Assembly (NCBI GenBank): GCA_963815455.1
Contig: CAWFGO010000001.1
Location: 928,001 to 992,000, forward strand
Source: an uncultured Verrucomicrobiae bacterium
GTDB lineage: Bacteria > Verrucomicrobiota > Verrucomicrobiia > Chthoniobacterales > UBA10450
DNA length: 64,000 nucleotides
Direction: 5' to 3'
Part shown: in pieces, positions 48,530 through 58,737 of the stretch
Layout of the letters: each line of letters starts with the position of its first letter
Position numbering within the stretch: the stretch's first letter is position 1
Translations under genes and position numbers: made by a program
The notes under the pieces: model-generated
Database searches by the model: none
What the model saw: the letters and a program-made list of their open reading frames with translations, nothing else
Told to the model about the DNA's origin: nothing

Positions 48530-49989
48530 TCACAGCGCTCATCGTTATTCCGATCGCTGGCGCGCTCGGCCTTTACATCGGCCGCCCGCGAAATCCGCGC
48601 GTGATCGCGCTGCTCTTCAACGCACTCGCGGCGTTTTACGCGTTCATGCTGTGGCAAAAATTCGATACCCACGCCGCAGGCCTGCAAATCGTCGAGCGCC
48701 ACGAATGGATTCCAACCATCGGCGCCGAATATCTCGTCGGTGTCGATGGGCTGAGCCTGCTGCTCGTTCTGCTGACCACGCTCATCATTCCATTCGGGCT
48801 GCTGGCCCAGCGATTGGAGCGCGGAGCGTGCGCGCTGATGTTGATCACGCAATCGGCCCTCTATGGCACGTTCACCGCCCAGAATTTTGTCCTTTGGTTC
48901 TTGTTTTACGAGATGAGCCTGATCCCGGCGTTCCTGCTCATTAAGATCTGGGGCGGAGAAAACCGGGACCGAGCCGCGACGAAATTCTTTCTTTATACAT
49001 TCCTCGGCAGCATCGCCATGCTGCTGAGCTTTCTCGGCATTTACTTCGCGAAAGGAACATTTGATTTCGCGACTCTGGCCGATCTCGGAAAAGGTGGCCT
49101 GCTCACCGGCAAGTTCGCCTGGCTCGCCTTTGCCGGAATTTTTCTCGGACTCGCGGTCAAGGTTCCACTGTTTCCATTTCATACCTGGCTGCCCGACGCC
49201 TACGAAACCGCGCCTACCGGCGTGTCGATGGTCCTGACCGGCCTGCTTTCAAAAATGGGCGTTTACGGTTTCGTGCGCCTTTTGCTTCCGCTTTTTCCTA
49301 ACGAAATCAAAATCCTCGGCCCATGGCTGCTGGCGCTGGCGGTCTGTTCGATCGTGTTCGCCCCGCTGGCCGCGTGGGCCCAGCGGGATTTGAAACGCAT
49401 GGTCGCCTACCTGTCGATCAACCATCTCGGTTATTGCATGCTTGGCTTGTTCGCCATCACCGCAGGATCGACATCCTCGTCGATCGATACGCACGCCGCA
49501 TTGAGTGGCGTGTTCCTGCAAATTTTCAATCACGGCATCACCGCCGCCGCTTTGTTTTACTTCGTCGGCTTGCTCGAACAACGCCGCGGCCTGCGCGGTA
49601 TCGACGATTTCGGCGGGCTGATGCAGCGAACGCCGTTGCTCTGCGGCTGGATGAGCGTGGCCATGTTTTCGTCGCTCGGTCTGCCGGGCTTGAACGGATT
49701 CATTGGCGAATTTCTCATTTTCAAAGCCTCGTTCGCCATGGTCGCTTCGTTCACGGCGGTGGCCGTGCTCGGGCTGCTGGTCACGGCAATTGTTTTTATG
49801 CGAATGATGCAATCGCTCTTCAGCGGACCGCTCAGCGAGAACTGCAGCGGATTCCCCGATCTTCTTCAGAGTGAAAAAATTATCATCGTGCCGGTCACGC
49901 TGCTCATGTTCGCCATCGGCATCGCGCCGCAGTTCATGTTCAGCATCTTCAACACAACGGTCGCCCAAATGGCGCGACTATTTGCCTGA
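48517..49989 (+). CDS. nuoM: NADH-quinone oxidoreductase subunit M (copy 1)
   Basis: VDGLS, AVKVPLFPFHTWLPDA, KMGVYG and GFIGE. Confidence 0.95.
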
Positions 49990-50000
49990 GGTTTGATGGA

Positions 50001-50110
50001 ATGAGTAAGGCAATCATCCCGATTGAGCGCATCGCTCAGCGAATTCTTGTCTTGCGCGGTGAGAAAGTACAAGGGACCGCCATGTTGTCGAGTGTATTCA
50101 ATTGCAATCG
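50001..50110 (+). pseudogene. ORF6N-domain gene remnant with internal deletion
   Basis: IERIAQRILVLRGEKV joined directly to QGTAMLSSVFN, the two ends of the ORF6N domain. Confidence 0.6.
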
Positions 50111-50112
50111 GA

Positions 50113-50263
50113 TTGGGAAGCGCACGCGCCTCCCGTGCTGGCGATGGCGCCCTCGCCATCGCGAACTTTTTCTCAGCATTTCACCGTTGGGTTCCGACAA
50201 TTCGTCAAAGACTTTTCGGCGAGGGCGCCGAAAAGAACACGCGAGGCGCGTGTGCTCCCCAGA
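50113..50263. repeat. Palindromic element, GGGGAGC family, between nuoM1 and nuoM2
   Basis: TGGGAAGCGCACGCGCCTC...GAGGCGCGTGTGCTCCCCAGA, abutting the nuoM2 ATG. Confidence 0.85.
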
Positions 50264-51748
50264 ATGATCGCCTGGACCATTTACATCACCTTTGGCGGCG
50301 CAATCGCGCTGCTGTTCCTGCCGCGTGCGATGTCGCGTTGGAACGCGCTTGCCACCGCGGCGGCCGGACTGGCTGTCAGTCTGGCTACATTCTTCCAAAC
50401 GCCGATTGTCGATCTTGCGCAGTTCCAAACAGTCGTGAACGTGCCGTGGGTGCCGATTCTGGGGATGAATTATCATCTCGCGGTCGATGGCATCAGCCTG
50501 ACCCTCGTTTTGGTCACGGGCATCACCGCCGTGAGCGCCGTGCTCTTTTCGTGGGATGTCGATCATCGCCAGAATGAATTCTTTTTCTGGCTTTTGCTCG
50601 TGGTCGGCGGCTCCTACGGCGTCTTTCTCAGCGCCGATCTCTTTTTGCTCTTCGTGTTCTACGAACTGGTGATCGTGCCGAAGTATTTTCTCATCGCGAT
50701 CTTTGGCTCGACGAACAAGGAGTATGGCGCAATGAAGCTGACTCTTTATTCGTTCTTCGGCGGCGCGCTCGTTTTTATCGGGATCGTCCTCGCTTATGCG
50801 ACGTCCGGCTCGCTCGACATTGTCGGCTTGTCCCGTTTTCAATTTGAGCCCGAAATCCAAGAGTGGGCGTTTCCCGTTTTGTTTATCGGATTCGCTGTTC
50901 TGGCCGGCATTTGGCCATTGCATACTTGGGCGCCGACCGGCCACGTGGCCGCGCCGACTGCAGGATCGATGTTGCTTGCCGGGATCGTCATGAAGCTCGG
51001 CGGCTACGGCGCGCTGAGGGTCGCCATGAATATTTTCCCGGACGGTTTCCACATGTGGAGCAAATGGATCGCCGTCTTCGCCGTGATCGGGATCGTTTAT
51101 GCCGCCGGCGTAGCGCTCCGGCAACGCGATCTGAAATTCGTCATCGGGTATTCGAGCGTCAGCCATATGGGTTTTGTGTTGCTCGGCCTGGCTACGGCGA
51201 ACGCTCTTGGCGTCTCGGGCTCGGTGCTGCAGATGTTTTCCCACGGCGTGATCGGCGCTCTGCTCTTCGCCGTAGCTGGACGGATGATTTATAGCCGCAC
51301 CCACACGCGCAATCTCGATGAATTGTCGATGTTGCAACTGAATCGCGCTTTGCCGTTTGCCGCGTTTACGTTTGTGATTGCATCTGCCGCGTCGATGGGA
51401 ATTCCCGGGTTCAGCGGGTTCGCGGCTGAAATCACCATCCTTATCGGCACGTGGAAAACCTACCCGGCGGCGGTATTTATCGTCGGCGCAGGCATGGTGC
51501 TGGTGGGTGCGTTCACGCTGCGCGCGTTGAAGAGAGCTTTTTTCGATAGCGCCGTTTCGGCAGATGGAGGAACGCGCCCAATATGGTCCGACAAATCTGC
51601 ACAAAATTTGCCGCCGATCACCCTGGTCGAGAAACTGGGAGCCGGCCTGCTCATGTTCGCGACCCTCGCCGTTGGACTTTATCCGAAACTATTGCTCGAT
51701 CGCATAATGCCCGCGATTGAGACAATGCGTTTTCTTAATCCCCATTAA
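50264..51748 (+). CDS. nuoM: NADH-quinone oxidoreductase subunit M (copy 2, divergent)
   Basis: VDGIS, FYELVIVPKY, WPLHTWAPTGH, MKLGGYG, YSSVSHMG and GFAAE. Confidence 0.93.
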   Translation: MIAWTIYITFGGAIALLFLPRAMSRWNALATAAAGLAVSLATFFQTPIVDLAQFQTVVNVPWVPILGMNYHLAVDGISLTLVLVTGITAVSAVLFSWDVDHRQNEFFFWLLLVVGGSYGVFLSADLFLLFVFYELVIVPKYFLIAIFGSTNKEYGAMKLTLYSFFGGALVFIGIVLAYATSGSLDIVGLSRFQFEPEIQEWAFPVLFIGFAVLAGIWPLHTWAPTGHVAAPTAGSMLLAGIVMKLGGYGALRVAMNIFPDGFHMWSKWIAVFAVIGIVYAAGVALRQRDLKFVIGYSSVSHMGFVLLGLATANALGVSGSVLQMFSHGVIGALLFAVAGRMIYSRTHTRNLDELSMLQLNRALPFAAFTFVIASAASMGIPGFSGFAAEITILIGTWKTYPAAVFIVGAGMVLVGAFTLRALKRAFFDSAVSADGGTRPIWSDKSAQNLPPITLVEKLGAGLLMFATLAVGLYPKLLLDRIMPAIETMRFLNPH

Positions 51749-52106
51749 CGCGCACGTACTTGCGCACGCTGCCGTCGGCGGCCTCGATGACGAAATGATC
51801 GTGAGTAATGCTGCGAAGCTTATCGCGATCTCTTGTTCCCGGAGGGATATGCCCCATTTTATCGCCGGTGTATTCGTAAACAATCGCTCCCTCACTCAGT
51901 CGCCATTTGCCTGTGAATTTCGAGAGAAGCGCGTCGTCCCCTGTGACATAGCCGGAGAAGTTTCCGTTCCTGAGAAAAACGTATTCAGCAGTATGCCGGC
52001 TGTCGATCCATCGCCATCTGCCCACCAATTTGCTTTCGGCTTTTTCCCCGATGGTCGAACACGACGCAGCAAAAAATGCGGCCAGCAGAAGAACCATTTT
52101 AACCAT
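51735..52106 (-). CDS. Hypothetical lipoprotein
   Basis: MVKMVLLLAAFFAASC lipobox; LVGRW..F.GKW beta-barrel-like pattern. Confidence 0.7.
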   Translation of the reverse strand: MVKMVLLLAAFFAASCSTIGEKAESKLVGRWRWIDSRHTAEYVFLRNGNFSGYVTGDDALLSKFTGKWRLSEGAIVYEYTGDKMGHIPPGTRDRDKLRSITHDHFVIEAADGSVRKYVRVNGD

Positions 52107-52182
52107 CGTGGACAAGAGGCGACAGAATCACACGCGGCCAACGCAAGCGCAATCACCTCTCGACGGATCTGCGCAGGGAACG

Positions 52183-52210
52183 AAAAGGCCGGCTCTTGGA
52201 GCCGGCCTTC
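52183..52210 (-). terminator. Rho-independent terminator
   Basis: AAGGCCGGCTC-CAA-GAGCCGGCCTTTT on the minus strand, after the 52239 stop. Confidence 0.7.
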
Positions 52211-52238
52211 AGGAGGAAACAGTAATTCTATATCGGCC

Positions 52239-52805
52239 CTAGTTCTGAGCGATTAAGGTCGTGGAAGCGCGGAATTTCTTGCTCCCGGCGTAGGCGTAAA
52301 GTGGGACATAGCAGTTGCGGCGAATTTTCTCGGAGCGAGTCGCGGTATGATTGAACGTGGGATCCAGGACGTAGCTACCACTGTCGGTCTGCCATTCGAG
52401 CCAGGCGTGGGTCCGGCGGCTCGTCGGAGCGCGTTTCCCAATGACCAAACGAAGATGGGTCGCACCCTGGCTTTTCATTCTTTTATAAAGGGCGACCGCT
52501 TTGCCTTTGCAGTCGGCCGGTCGCCGTGACTCCACCTCAGCTGGCGTTCTCCAGACCTTTTGGAAACCGTAGGGAATATCACGCAGATCGCTCATCCAGA
52601 TGTTTACCAAGGCAAGTGAGGTATGATCTGTTGAGGAGCCGGCTGTGGTCAGGACCTCGCGAATAGGGGTCATTTGGCGATCATAGGGGGTGCCTTTGAC
52701 GGTCAGCATCAAAGCGTCGGCAAAAGTGTTTGCGGCAGGCAGGCCGACGAGTATAAAGGCTACAAGGAGAGCTGGTTGGATCTTGGAGAGGCTTATATGT
52801 TTCAT
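52239..52805 (-). CDS. Exported transglutaminase-like cysteine peptidase (paralog of 34502-35140)
   Basis: TPYDRQM, WRTPAEV, ADCKGKAV, HAWLEW and YVLDPTF. Confidence 0.82.
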   Translation of the reverse strand: MKHISLSKIQPALLVAFILVGLPAANTFADALMLTVKGTPYDRQMTPIREVLTTAGSSTDHTSLALVNIWMSDLRDIPYGFQKVWRTPAEVESRRPADCKGKAVALYKRMKSQGATHLRLVIGKRAPTSRRTHAWLEWQTDSGSYVLDPTFNHTATRSEKIRRNCYVPLYAYAGSKKFRASTTLIAQN

Positions 52806-53011
52806 ACTAATTATAATTACCATAAGCATTGCCCATGCCAGATCCCAGGGGAGAAGTTCTACTGGATTGCGAGCCCGGATCGTGACGGCGTTAGGCCCGA
52901 AGTGGAGGCCCGACGCGACCAGCGCTGGCAATCCGTTTTGTCAGAGCGACGCGCATCGCCCTGAAGACGTAGTTAATTCGATTCTCGCTTTTTCAGGACG
53001 TAATCCGTTCA

Positions 53012-54487
53012 ATGAAGCCAATGTATCTCGATCTTTTCAAGCTCGCGTCGCCTGAAGCGGTCGTCGCTCTGTTGGCGCTCGTTACGCTCGCGATCGGGCT
53101 CGCAAGTGCCCGCGCATCGGCGCTCTGTTCATTCGTTGCCGCGGTCGGACTCATTATCGCGATCGCCGCCGTGCTCATGCTCCCACAACACGCCACGCTG
53201 TTCGGCGGAATGCTCGTAATTTCCCCGCTGACCTCGCTTTTCAAAATCATCTGCCTCGTACTGGCCTTTTTCACGGTGATTCTGGCGAACAGCGACCGCA
53301 CCTCGCGCAACCATGGCGAATATCTCTCGCTCCTCCTGCTCGCGACAATCGGGCTGATGCTCCTGGTAGGGAGCGAAGAGCTGTTAATGATCTTCATCGG
53401 GCTCGAACTCACCGGCCTCTCGCTTTACGTCATGGCCGCTTTCGACAAGACCGACATCCGTTCAGCCGAAGCCGGCCTGAAATACTTTTTGTTCGGCAGC
53501 ACCGCCAGCGCCTTCACGCTTTTTGGAATCAGCCTGGTTTACGGCCTGACCGGCAGCACCGGGCTCGGAGCGATTGGCCACAGCCTTGCCGCCGGCTCGC
53601 TCCAGCCGCTGCTCGCCGCCGGCATTATCATGACCCTCGTTGGATTTGCCTTCAAGATCGCTGCCGCGCCCTTCCATCTCTGGGCGCCTGACGCATATCA
53701 GGGCGCGCCCATCCCGAGCGCGGCATTTATCGCGTCCGGATCGAAAGTCGCGTCGTTTGTCGTGCTCGGAAAAATTACTCTCCTGGGTTTTGGCCCCGCG
53801 CATGGCAGCGCCGACTGGCACGAAATGGTTGCCGGATGGGCGCCGGTACTCGGCGCTCTAGCCGCATTGTCGATCCTGTTAGGCAATCTTGTTGCGCTGG
53901 CCCAGTCCAATGTCCGTCGCTTGCTGGCCTATTCGGCCGTCGCCCATGCCGGGTACACTTTGCTCGGCCTGGTCGCCGGCACTCACAACGGATTTTCCGC
54001 GACGTTATTTTACACCACCACCTACGCAATCACGCTCGTCGGCGCATTTGGTGTTGTCGGCCTGGTTCGGCGCGAAACCGGCGGCGACGATTTGCAGAAT
54101 TTCGCCGGGTTGTCGTCGCGCTCGCCGCTGCTGGCGGGTTGCATGTCGATCTTCATGCTCTCGCTGGCGGGCCTGCCACCTCTGGCCGGATTTTTCGGGA
54201 AATTCTATTTGTTCAGCGCAGCGCTGCAGGCCGGCGCAAATCGCGGCCTGCTTTGGCTCGTGGCGCTCGCCCTCCTCGGCAGCATCATGTCCCTCTATTA
54301 TTATTTGATCGTGCTAAAAGTGATCTTCACCAGCACCGATCCGCGCTCAGCCACGCAATCCCTCAACCACTCACACTCCTCTGCCTGGTTGCAACAAATC
54401 GCGACAACCGCGCTTGCCGCCGCTGTTTTGCTGCTCGGAATAATGCCGTCTGCGCTGGTCGCCCGCATCGCAATAGCACTCCCCTAG
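53012..54487 (+). CDS. nuoN: NADH-quinone oxidoreductase subunit N
   Basis: EAGLKYF, FKIAAAPFHLWAPDAYQGAP and GLPPLAGFFGK. Confidence 0.96.
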   Translation: MKPMYLDLFKLASPEAVVALLALVTLAIGLASARASALCSFVAAVGLIIAIAAVLMLPQHATLFGGMLVISPLTSLFKIICLVLAFFTVILANSDRTSRNHGEYLSLLLLATIGLMLLVGSEELLMIFIGLELTGLSLYVMAAFDKTDIRSAEAGLKYFLFGSTASAFTLFGISLVYGLTGSTGLGAIGHSLAAGSLQPLLAAGIIMTLVGFAFKIAAAPFHLWAPDAYQGAPIPSAAFIASGSKVASFVVLGKITLLGFGPAHGSADWHEMVAGWAPVLGALAALSILLGNLVALAQSNVRRLLAYSAVAHAGYTLLGLVAGTHNGFSATLFYTTTYAITLVGAFGVVGLVRRETGGDDLQNFAGLSSRSPLLAGCMSIFMLSLAGLPPLAGFFGKFYLFSAALQAGANRGLLWLVALALLGSIMSLYYYLIVLKVIFTSTDPRSATQSLNHSHSSAWLQQIATTALAAAVLLLGIMPSALVARIAIALP

Positions 54488-56232
54488 CCGGGCCCCGTTT
54501 CACGCTCTGCCACCGCGAGCTGCGCTCGCAAAAGATCGTGGAGCGTGACAATCCCGAGAAGGTTGGTTCCGCTGTCGTCCGTAACCATCAGAGTCCCGGT
54601 AGTCGATTGGATCACTCTTTTTTGCGATTCGCGAATCGATTCTCCCGGTCGACAGGTCATGGCGGGTTGCAGCTTGGGCGCTCGATTCTCTGCCACAGCA
54701 GCGGCGATTTCCGTTCGCGGCGCAACGCCTTTCAATTCGCCATCTTCCACCACCGGAAAATGCCGATATGGATATTGATCGATCAACCGGGACAGGGCCG
54801 CTTCGGACAGATCGCTGACCGCCACCGGTTTGAAATTCGCCAGTGCGGAGATGGGGAGATTCTGCCATTCGCGCAAGTCGCGGGGCGGAATGACATGGTC
54901 TAGATCGTGTCCATCCTGGGAAAGCACCTGTTCGTAAAAATTGATGTGATTAATCGAGCGTGCGATGACCTGGCTGATCAAGCCCGCCAGCATCAATCCC
55001 GGCACCAGGGCGAACTGGTGGGTCATTTCGAAAATGATCAGAATGGCGGTAACCGGGGCGAGGACAACCGCGCCAAGACAGGCGCTCATTCCGCCCACTG
55101 CCAGAAGGAGAGTATCGCTTTGGTTAAGCTGCAAAAAATGCCCGCCGAGACCGGCCACGACCGCGCCGCACATGCCACCGAAAAACAGATTGGGCGAAAA
55201 AATTCCGCCGCAGCCGCCAAATCCGTAGCAGGCGATGGTGACAATCAATTTGCCGGCGAGCATCACCGCCGCCAGTTGCCAGGCAAAGCCATGGTTCAGT
55301 GCGTCGGACAAATCCTCGTAACCAAGCGCGAATACTCCGAGACGCGCAGTCGTTAGGAAAACGGTGGCGCCGATAATCCATGTAATCAGTCCGCCAGCCA
55401 GCGGGTGCAGCCAGCGCGGAACGGCGCGCACTTTCTTCATCGCCGCTCGCAAACCCAAGGATGCACGTTGAAACAAGATTCCTACCAATGCGGCGAGTCC
55501 GGCTGCAATCGGCATTAACAAATATGAGCGCCAGGTCGGTTCGCCAATCTGGGGCAAAACAAACGCCGGCTGCGGTCCGATCAGCGCATGAACAATGAAT
55601 GCGCCGATAACCGCGGCGAGAAGGACGGGCCCAAGTGATCGGCTGTTCAGATCGCCGATTATCTCCTCCAGCACGAAAGCGACCGAAGCCAGCGGCGCAT
55701 TGAACGCCGCAGCCAAACCAGCGGCGGCTCCAGCCGCGCTGGCCGCGCGCCGGTTCTGTTTCGAGACACCGAGCCATCCCGCTATCGTCGAAGAAAAATT
55801 TGCGCCGATTTGCACGGTCGGGCCCTCCCGCCCGAGACTTTGGCCACCGCCGATACAAAGGACCCCGGCGATAAACTTAACAAACGCGATCCGCCGCGGC
55901 GAGTGCCCGAACTCCTTCCAGAAATTTAATTTCACCTGCGGCACGCCGCTACCGGCAGCATCGGGAGCAAACGAATTCAAGAGCCATCCTACAATCAGGG
56001 ACGAAACCACGATGGTGCCCAGACTGATCGAGAGAAAATTGCGCCCGGTAGCTGCCGGCATCCTGAAGGCGTGGGAGTAAAGCCAGTTGATTGCCAGTTG
56101 AAATCCAACCGCGGCGATGCTCGCGGCCAGGCCGTAAACACACGTTCCCAAAATGGGACGCGCCTTGTCATGCAGCCGATGAAATTCCGCCGCCAACGAC
56201 TTCACACGCGACCATAGCGCAACCTCGCCCAA
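54484..56232 (-). CDS. ClC chloride channel/antiporter with CBS domains
   Basis: GSGVP, GREGP and GGIFSP motifs; C-terminal CBS pair. Confidence 0.95.
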   Translation of the reverse strand: MGEVALWSRVKSLAAEFHRLHDKARPILGTCVYGLAASIAAVGFQLAINWLYSHAFRMPAATGRNFLSISLGTIVVSSLIVGWLLNSFAPDAAGSGVPQVKLNFWKEFGHSPRRIAFVKFIAGVLCIGGGQSLGREGPTVQIGANFSSTIAGWLGVSKQNRRAASAAGAAAGLAAAFNAPLASVAFVLEEIIGDLNSRSLGPVLLAAVIGAFIVHALIGPQPAFVLPQIGEPTWRSYLLMPIAAGLAALVGILFQRASLGLRAAMKKVRAVPRWLHPLAGGLITWIIGATVFLTTARLGVFALGYEDLSDALNHGFAWQLAAVMLAGKLIVTIACYGFGGCGGIFSPNLFFGGMCGAVVAGLGGHFLQLNQSDTLLLAVGGMSACLGAVVLAPVTAILIIFEMTHQFALVPGLMLAGLISQVIARSINHINFYEQVLSQDGHDLDHVIPPRDLREWQNLPISALANFKPVAVSDLSEAALSRLIDQYPYRHFPVVEDGELKGVAPRTEIAAAVAENRAPKLQPAMTCRPGESIRESQKRVIQSTTGTLMVTDDSGTNLLGIVTLHDLLRAQLAVAERETGPG

Positions 56233-56259
56233 CTCGAAACTTGAGGGGGAAAAAAACGC

Positions 56260-57312
56260 GTGCTCAACAGCGAGCCATTAAGCTATAACTTTTTTGCATC
56301 GACACCGAACGAGACAGATAGCAAAAGTGATCGCGTGAAGACCGGCAGCATTAGCCAGTTCATTGATCGCCATTATCGGCACTTCAATGCCGCCGTTCTG
56401 AAAGACGCCGCCGACGCCTACATCGCCTACCTCGATGGCGGAGGAAAAATGATGGTTACACTCGCCGGCGCCATGAGCACGGCCGAGCTGGGAATCTCCC
56501 TCGCGGAAATGATTCGCCAGGACAAGGTCCACGCCATCACCTGCACCGGCGCCAATCTGGAGGAGGACCTCTTTAATCTGGTGGCCCGCACCAAATACGA
56601 GCGCATTCCAAATTATCGCGAATTGACCTCGCTCCAGGAGGAGGAGTTGCTCGCTCGCCATCTAAACCGGGTGACGGACACCTGTATTCCCGAAGAGGAA
56701 GCCATTCGCCGGATCGAGAAGGTCGTGATCGAAGAGTGGATTGCCGCCGCGAAAAATAACGAGCAATTTTTCCCGCACCAATTTCTCTTCAAGATCCTAA
56801 GAGAATGTCGACTAAAGAAATTTTACGAGATCGACCCGGCCGACAGTTGGATGATGGCAGCGGCCCAGAAAGATCTTCCGATGTTCGTTCCTGGCTGGGA
56901 GGACTCAACGCTCGGAAACATTTATGCGGCCCGTTGCATTACAGGCGACATTGCCGCCGTCCACACCGTCCGCTCGGGAATCGAATATATGATCGCACTG
57001 GCGGATTGGTATCGTCGGATCACGGCCGATTCGTCGATCGGCTTTTTCCAGATCGGCGGCGGAATCGCGGGCGATTTTCCGATCTGCGTGGTGCCCATGC
57101 TCAATCAGGACGTCGTTCGCACCCTGGTTCCGGAATGGGGTTATTTTTGCCAGATCAGCGATTCGACAACCAGCTTCGGATCCTATTCCGGAGCCGTGCC
57201 TAACGAAAAAATCACGTGGGGCAAACTCCGCGCCGAAACCCCGAAATATATTATCGAGTCCGACGCCACCATCGTCGCCCCGTTGATCTTCGCAAAGGTT
57301 CTCGGCTGGTAG
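56260..57312 (+). CDS. Deoxyhypusine synthase-like protein (start may be GTG at 56335)
   Basis: TGANLEED, IGGG and GSYSGA.PNEKITWGK. Confidence 0.92.
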   Translation: MLNSEPLSYNFFASTPNETDSKSDRVKTGSISQFIDRHYRHFNAAVLKDAADAYIAYLDGGGKMMVTLAGAMSTAELGISLAEMIRQDKVHAITCTGANLEEDLFNLVARTKYERIPNYRELTSLQEEELLARHLNRVTDTCIPEEEAIRRIEKVVIEEWIAAAKNNEQFFPHQFLFKILRECRLKKFYEIDPADSWMMAAAQKDLPMFVPGWEDSTLGNIYAARCITGDIAAVHTVRSGIEYMIALADWYRRITADSSIGFFQIGGGIAGDFPICVVPMLNQDVVRTLVPEWGYFCQISDSTTSFGSYSGAVPNEKITWGKLRAETPKYIIESDATIVAPLIFAKVLGW

Positions 57313-57377
57313 CTTCAGCAGCGCCGTTCCGTCTGGATCTGCTTGACCCACTGACGGTTCCTGAGAGAATGGCTCGC

Positions 57378-58058
57378 ATGAAAACTTCTCTGTTCTTAGC
57401 TATTGTTTTTGCGGCGGCGTTGCTGGCGTCGCCCTCATTCGCGCAAGAAAACGCTTCGTCCTCTTCGAGCCCAGCCCCGGCAACGGCGAGCACGGGTCAA
57501 CCGGTGGCGGGGGCCCCGAACGAAGCTGAGATGATGAAGCAGATGATGGAATTGGCCAAGCTGAATGAAAACCACAAGCTTCTCGCCGACATGGCCGGTA
57601 CCTGGAACTACACAGTCAAAATGTGGATGAATCCGGCCGATGCCAGCGCCAAACCGGAGACTTACAAAGGCACGGCGGTGCGAAAACCGATCATGGAGGG
57701 CCGCTATTATACCCTCGACGTGAGCGGCAAAATGGAGATGCCCGGAGCCGATGGAAAAAAGAAGGAGATGATGTTCAAGGGAATGTCCATTGAAGGCTAC
57801 GATAACGTGAAGAAGAAATTCATCGGCACCTGGATCGACAATATGGGCACCGGCATGATGTTCTCGGAAGGCACGTACGATCCGGCCACCAAAACGTTCA
57901 CGTATACCGGCGAATTCGAAGCGGTTCCGGGAATGAAACAACAAATCCGTGAAACGCTAAAGTTGGTCGATAAAAACCATCACGTCATGGAATGGTACGA
58001 AAACCGCGGTGGCCAGGAAATGAAGACAATGGAGATCGATTACACGCGCAAGAAATGA
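57378..58058 (+). CDS. DUF1579-like exported protein
   Basis: Signal peptide; H..L..MAGTW, GYDN..KKFIGTWIDNMGT and MEIDYTR. Confidence 0.82.
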   Translation: MKTSLFLAIVFAAALLASPSFAQENASSSSSPAPATASTGQPVAGAPNEAEMMKQMMELAKLNENHKLLADMAGTWNYTVKMWMNPADASAKPETYKGTAVRKPIMEGRYYTLDVSGKMEMPGADGKKKEMMFKGMSIEGYDNVKKKFIGTWIDNMGTGMMFSEGTYDPATKTFTYTGEFEAVPGMKQQIRETLKLVDKNHHVMEWYENRGGQEMKTMEIDYTRKK

Positions 58059-58087
58059 TGCGGGCGGTTTAACCAGCGGCAAAAGCA

Positions 58088-58120
58088 GCGCGGCGGCGAC
58101 CAGGACGATCGCCGCCGCTT
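58088..58120. terminator. Hairpin between convergent genes
   Basis: GCGGCGGCGA...TCGCCGCCGC. Confidence 0.5.
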
Positions 58121-58145
58121 CGATGTGCCGAAGTAAAAGCCGCTG

Positions 58146-58538
58146 TTATTCCTTTGCCGCGTCGTGAAGCTTTTTCCGGGCGTTCCGCATTTCTTCCCGC
58201 GCTTTCTGCATTTCGTCGAATTTCTTCTGCTGCTCAGGTGTAAGCAGCGGACGAATCTGTGTCGCGGCGTTGTCCATCACCGCTTTGGCTTTCTGCATCG
58301 CCTCCTGGTGGATCGCCATGATCTGCGGTTTCGCCTGATCGACGATCGGTTGAACCTTGGCCTGTTGATCCGCCGTCAGGTTCAGCCCCTGGGTTAAATG
58401 TTCCATGGCGAATCCATGGCCGCGATGTCCACGGCCGTGCCAGCAACTGCCGCTCTGGCCCGATTCCGCCCGCGCCAGGACGAATCCGCTTAACACGATG
58501 GCGCTGATCCCTGCGATTGTTAGTAAGTTTCGTTTCAT
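58146..58538 (-). CDS. Spy/CpxP-like periplasmic protein
   Basis: Signal peptide; LNLTADQQ and LTPEQ motifs. Confidence 0.82.
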   Translation of the reverse strand: MKRNLLTIAGISAIVLSGFVLARAESGQSGSCWHGRGHRGHGFAMEHLTQGLNLTADQQAKVQPIVDQAKPQIMAIHQEAMQKAKAVMDNAATQIRPLLTPEQQKKFDEMQKAREEMRNARKKLHDAAKE

Positions 58539-58607
58539 AATCTTGATTTTGATCTTGTTTGGTTGTTTAGCCCGGAACGTTTCCGAGCCGTTGGTTTCAT
58601 ACGTGAT

Positions 58608-58634
58608 GACCGGTCGTCCCCGACACGGGTTACA
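58608..58634 (-). promoter_or_regulatory. Putative ECF promoter for the Spy-like gene
   Basis: TGTAAC-N17-GGTC on the minus strand. Confidence 0.65.
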
Positions 58635-58678
58635 ATTTTTTTGCAGAAACGGACGCAACGAACTTTTTTTAAGAAATT

Positions 58679-58705
58679 TGTAACTATGGCCCGTCTAAGG
58701 AGGTC
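58679..58705 (+). promoter_or_regulatory. Putative autoregulatory ECF promoter
   Basis: TGTAAC-N17-GGTC on the plus strand. Confidence 0.65.
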
Positions 58706-58737
58706 TTGGCTAGTAGTGTGGACGCGTTCTCGACTAC

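Noticed and set aside
51548..51565. Small hairpin GCCG-TTT-CGGC (SAVSAD) in nuoM2 as another in-frame element
   Set aside because: The stem is too short and there is no second copy in the window; it could be chance
50036..51604. Long antisense ORFs (also 12961-13839, 41015-41767 and 60621-61403)
   Set aside because: These are shadows of well-supported genes in GC-rich DNA and carry no recognisable motifs
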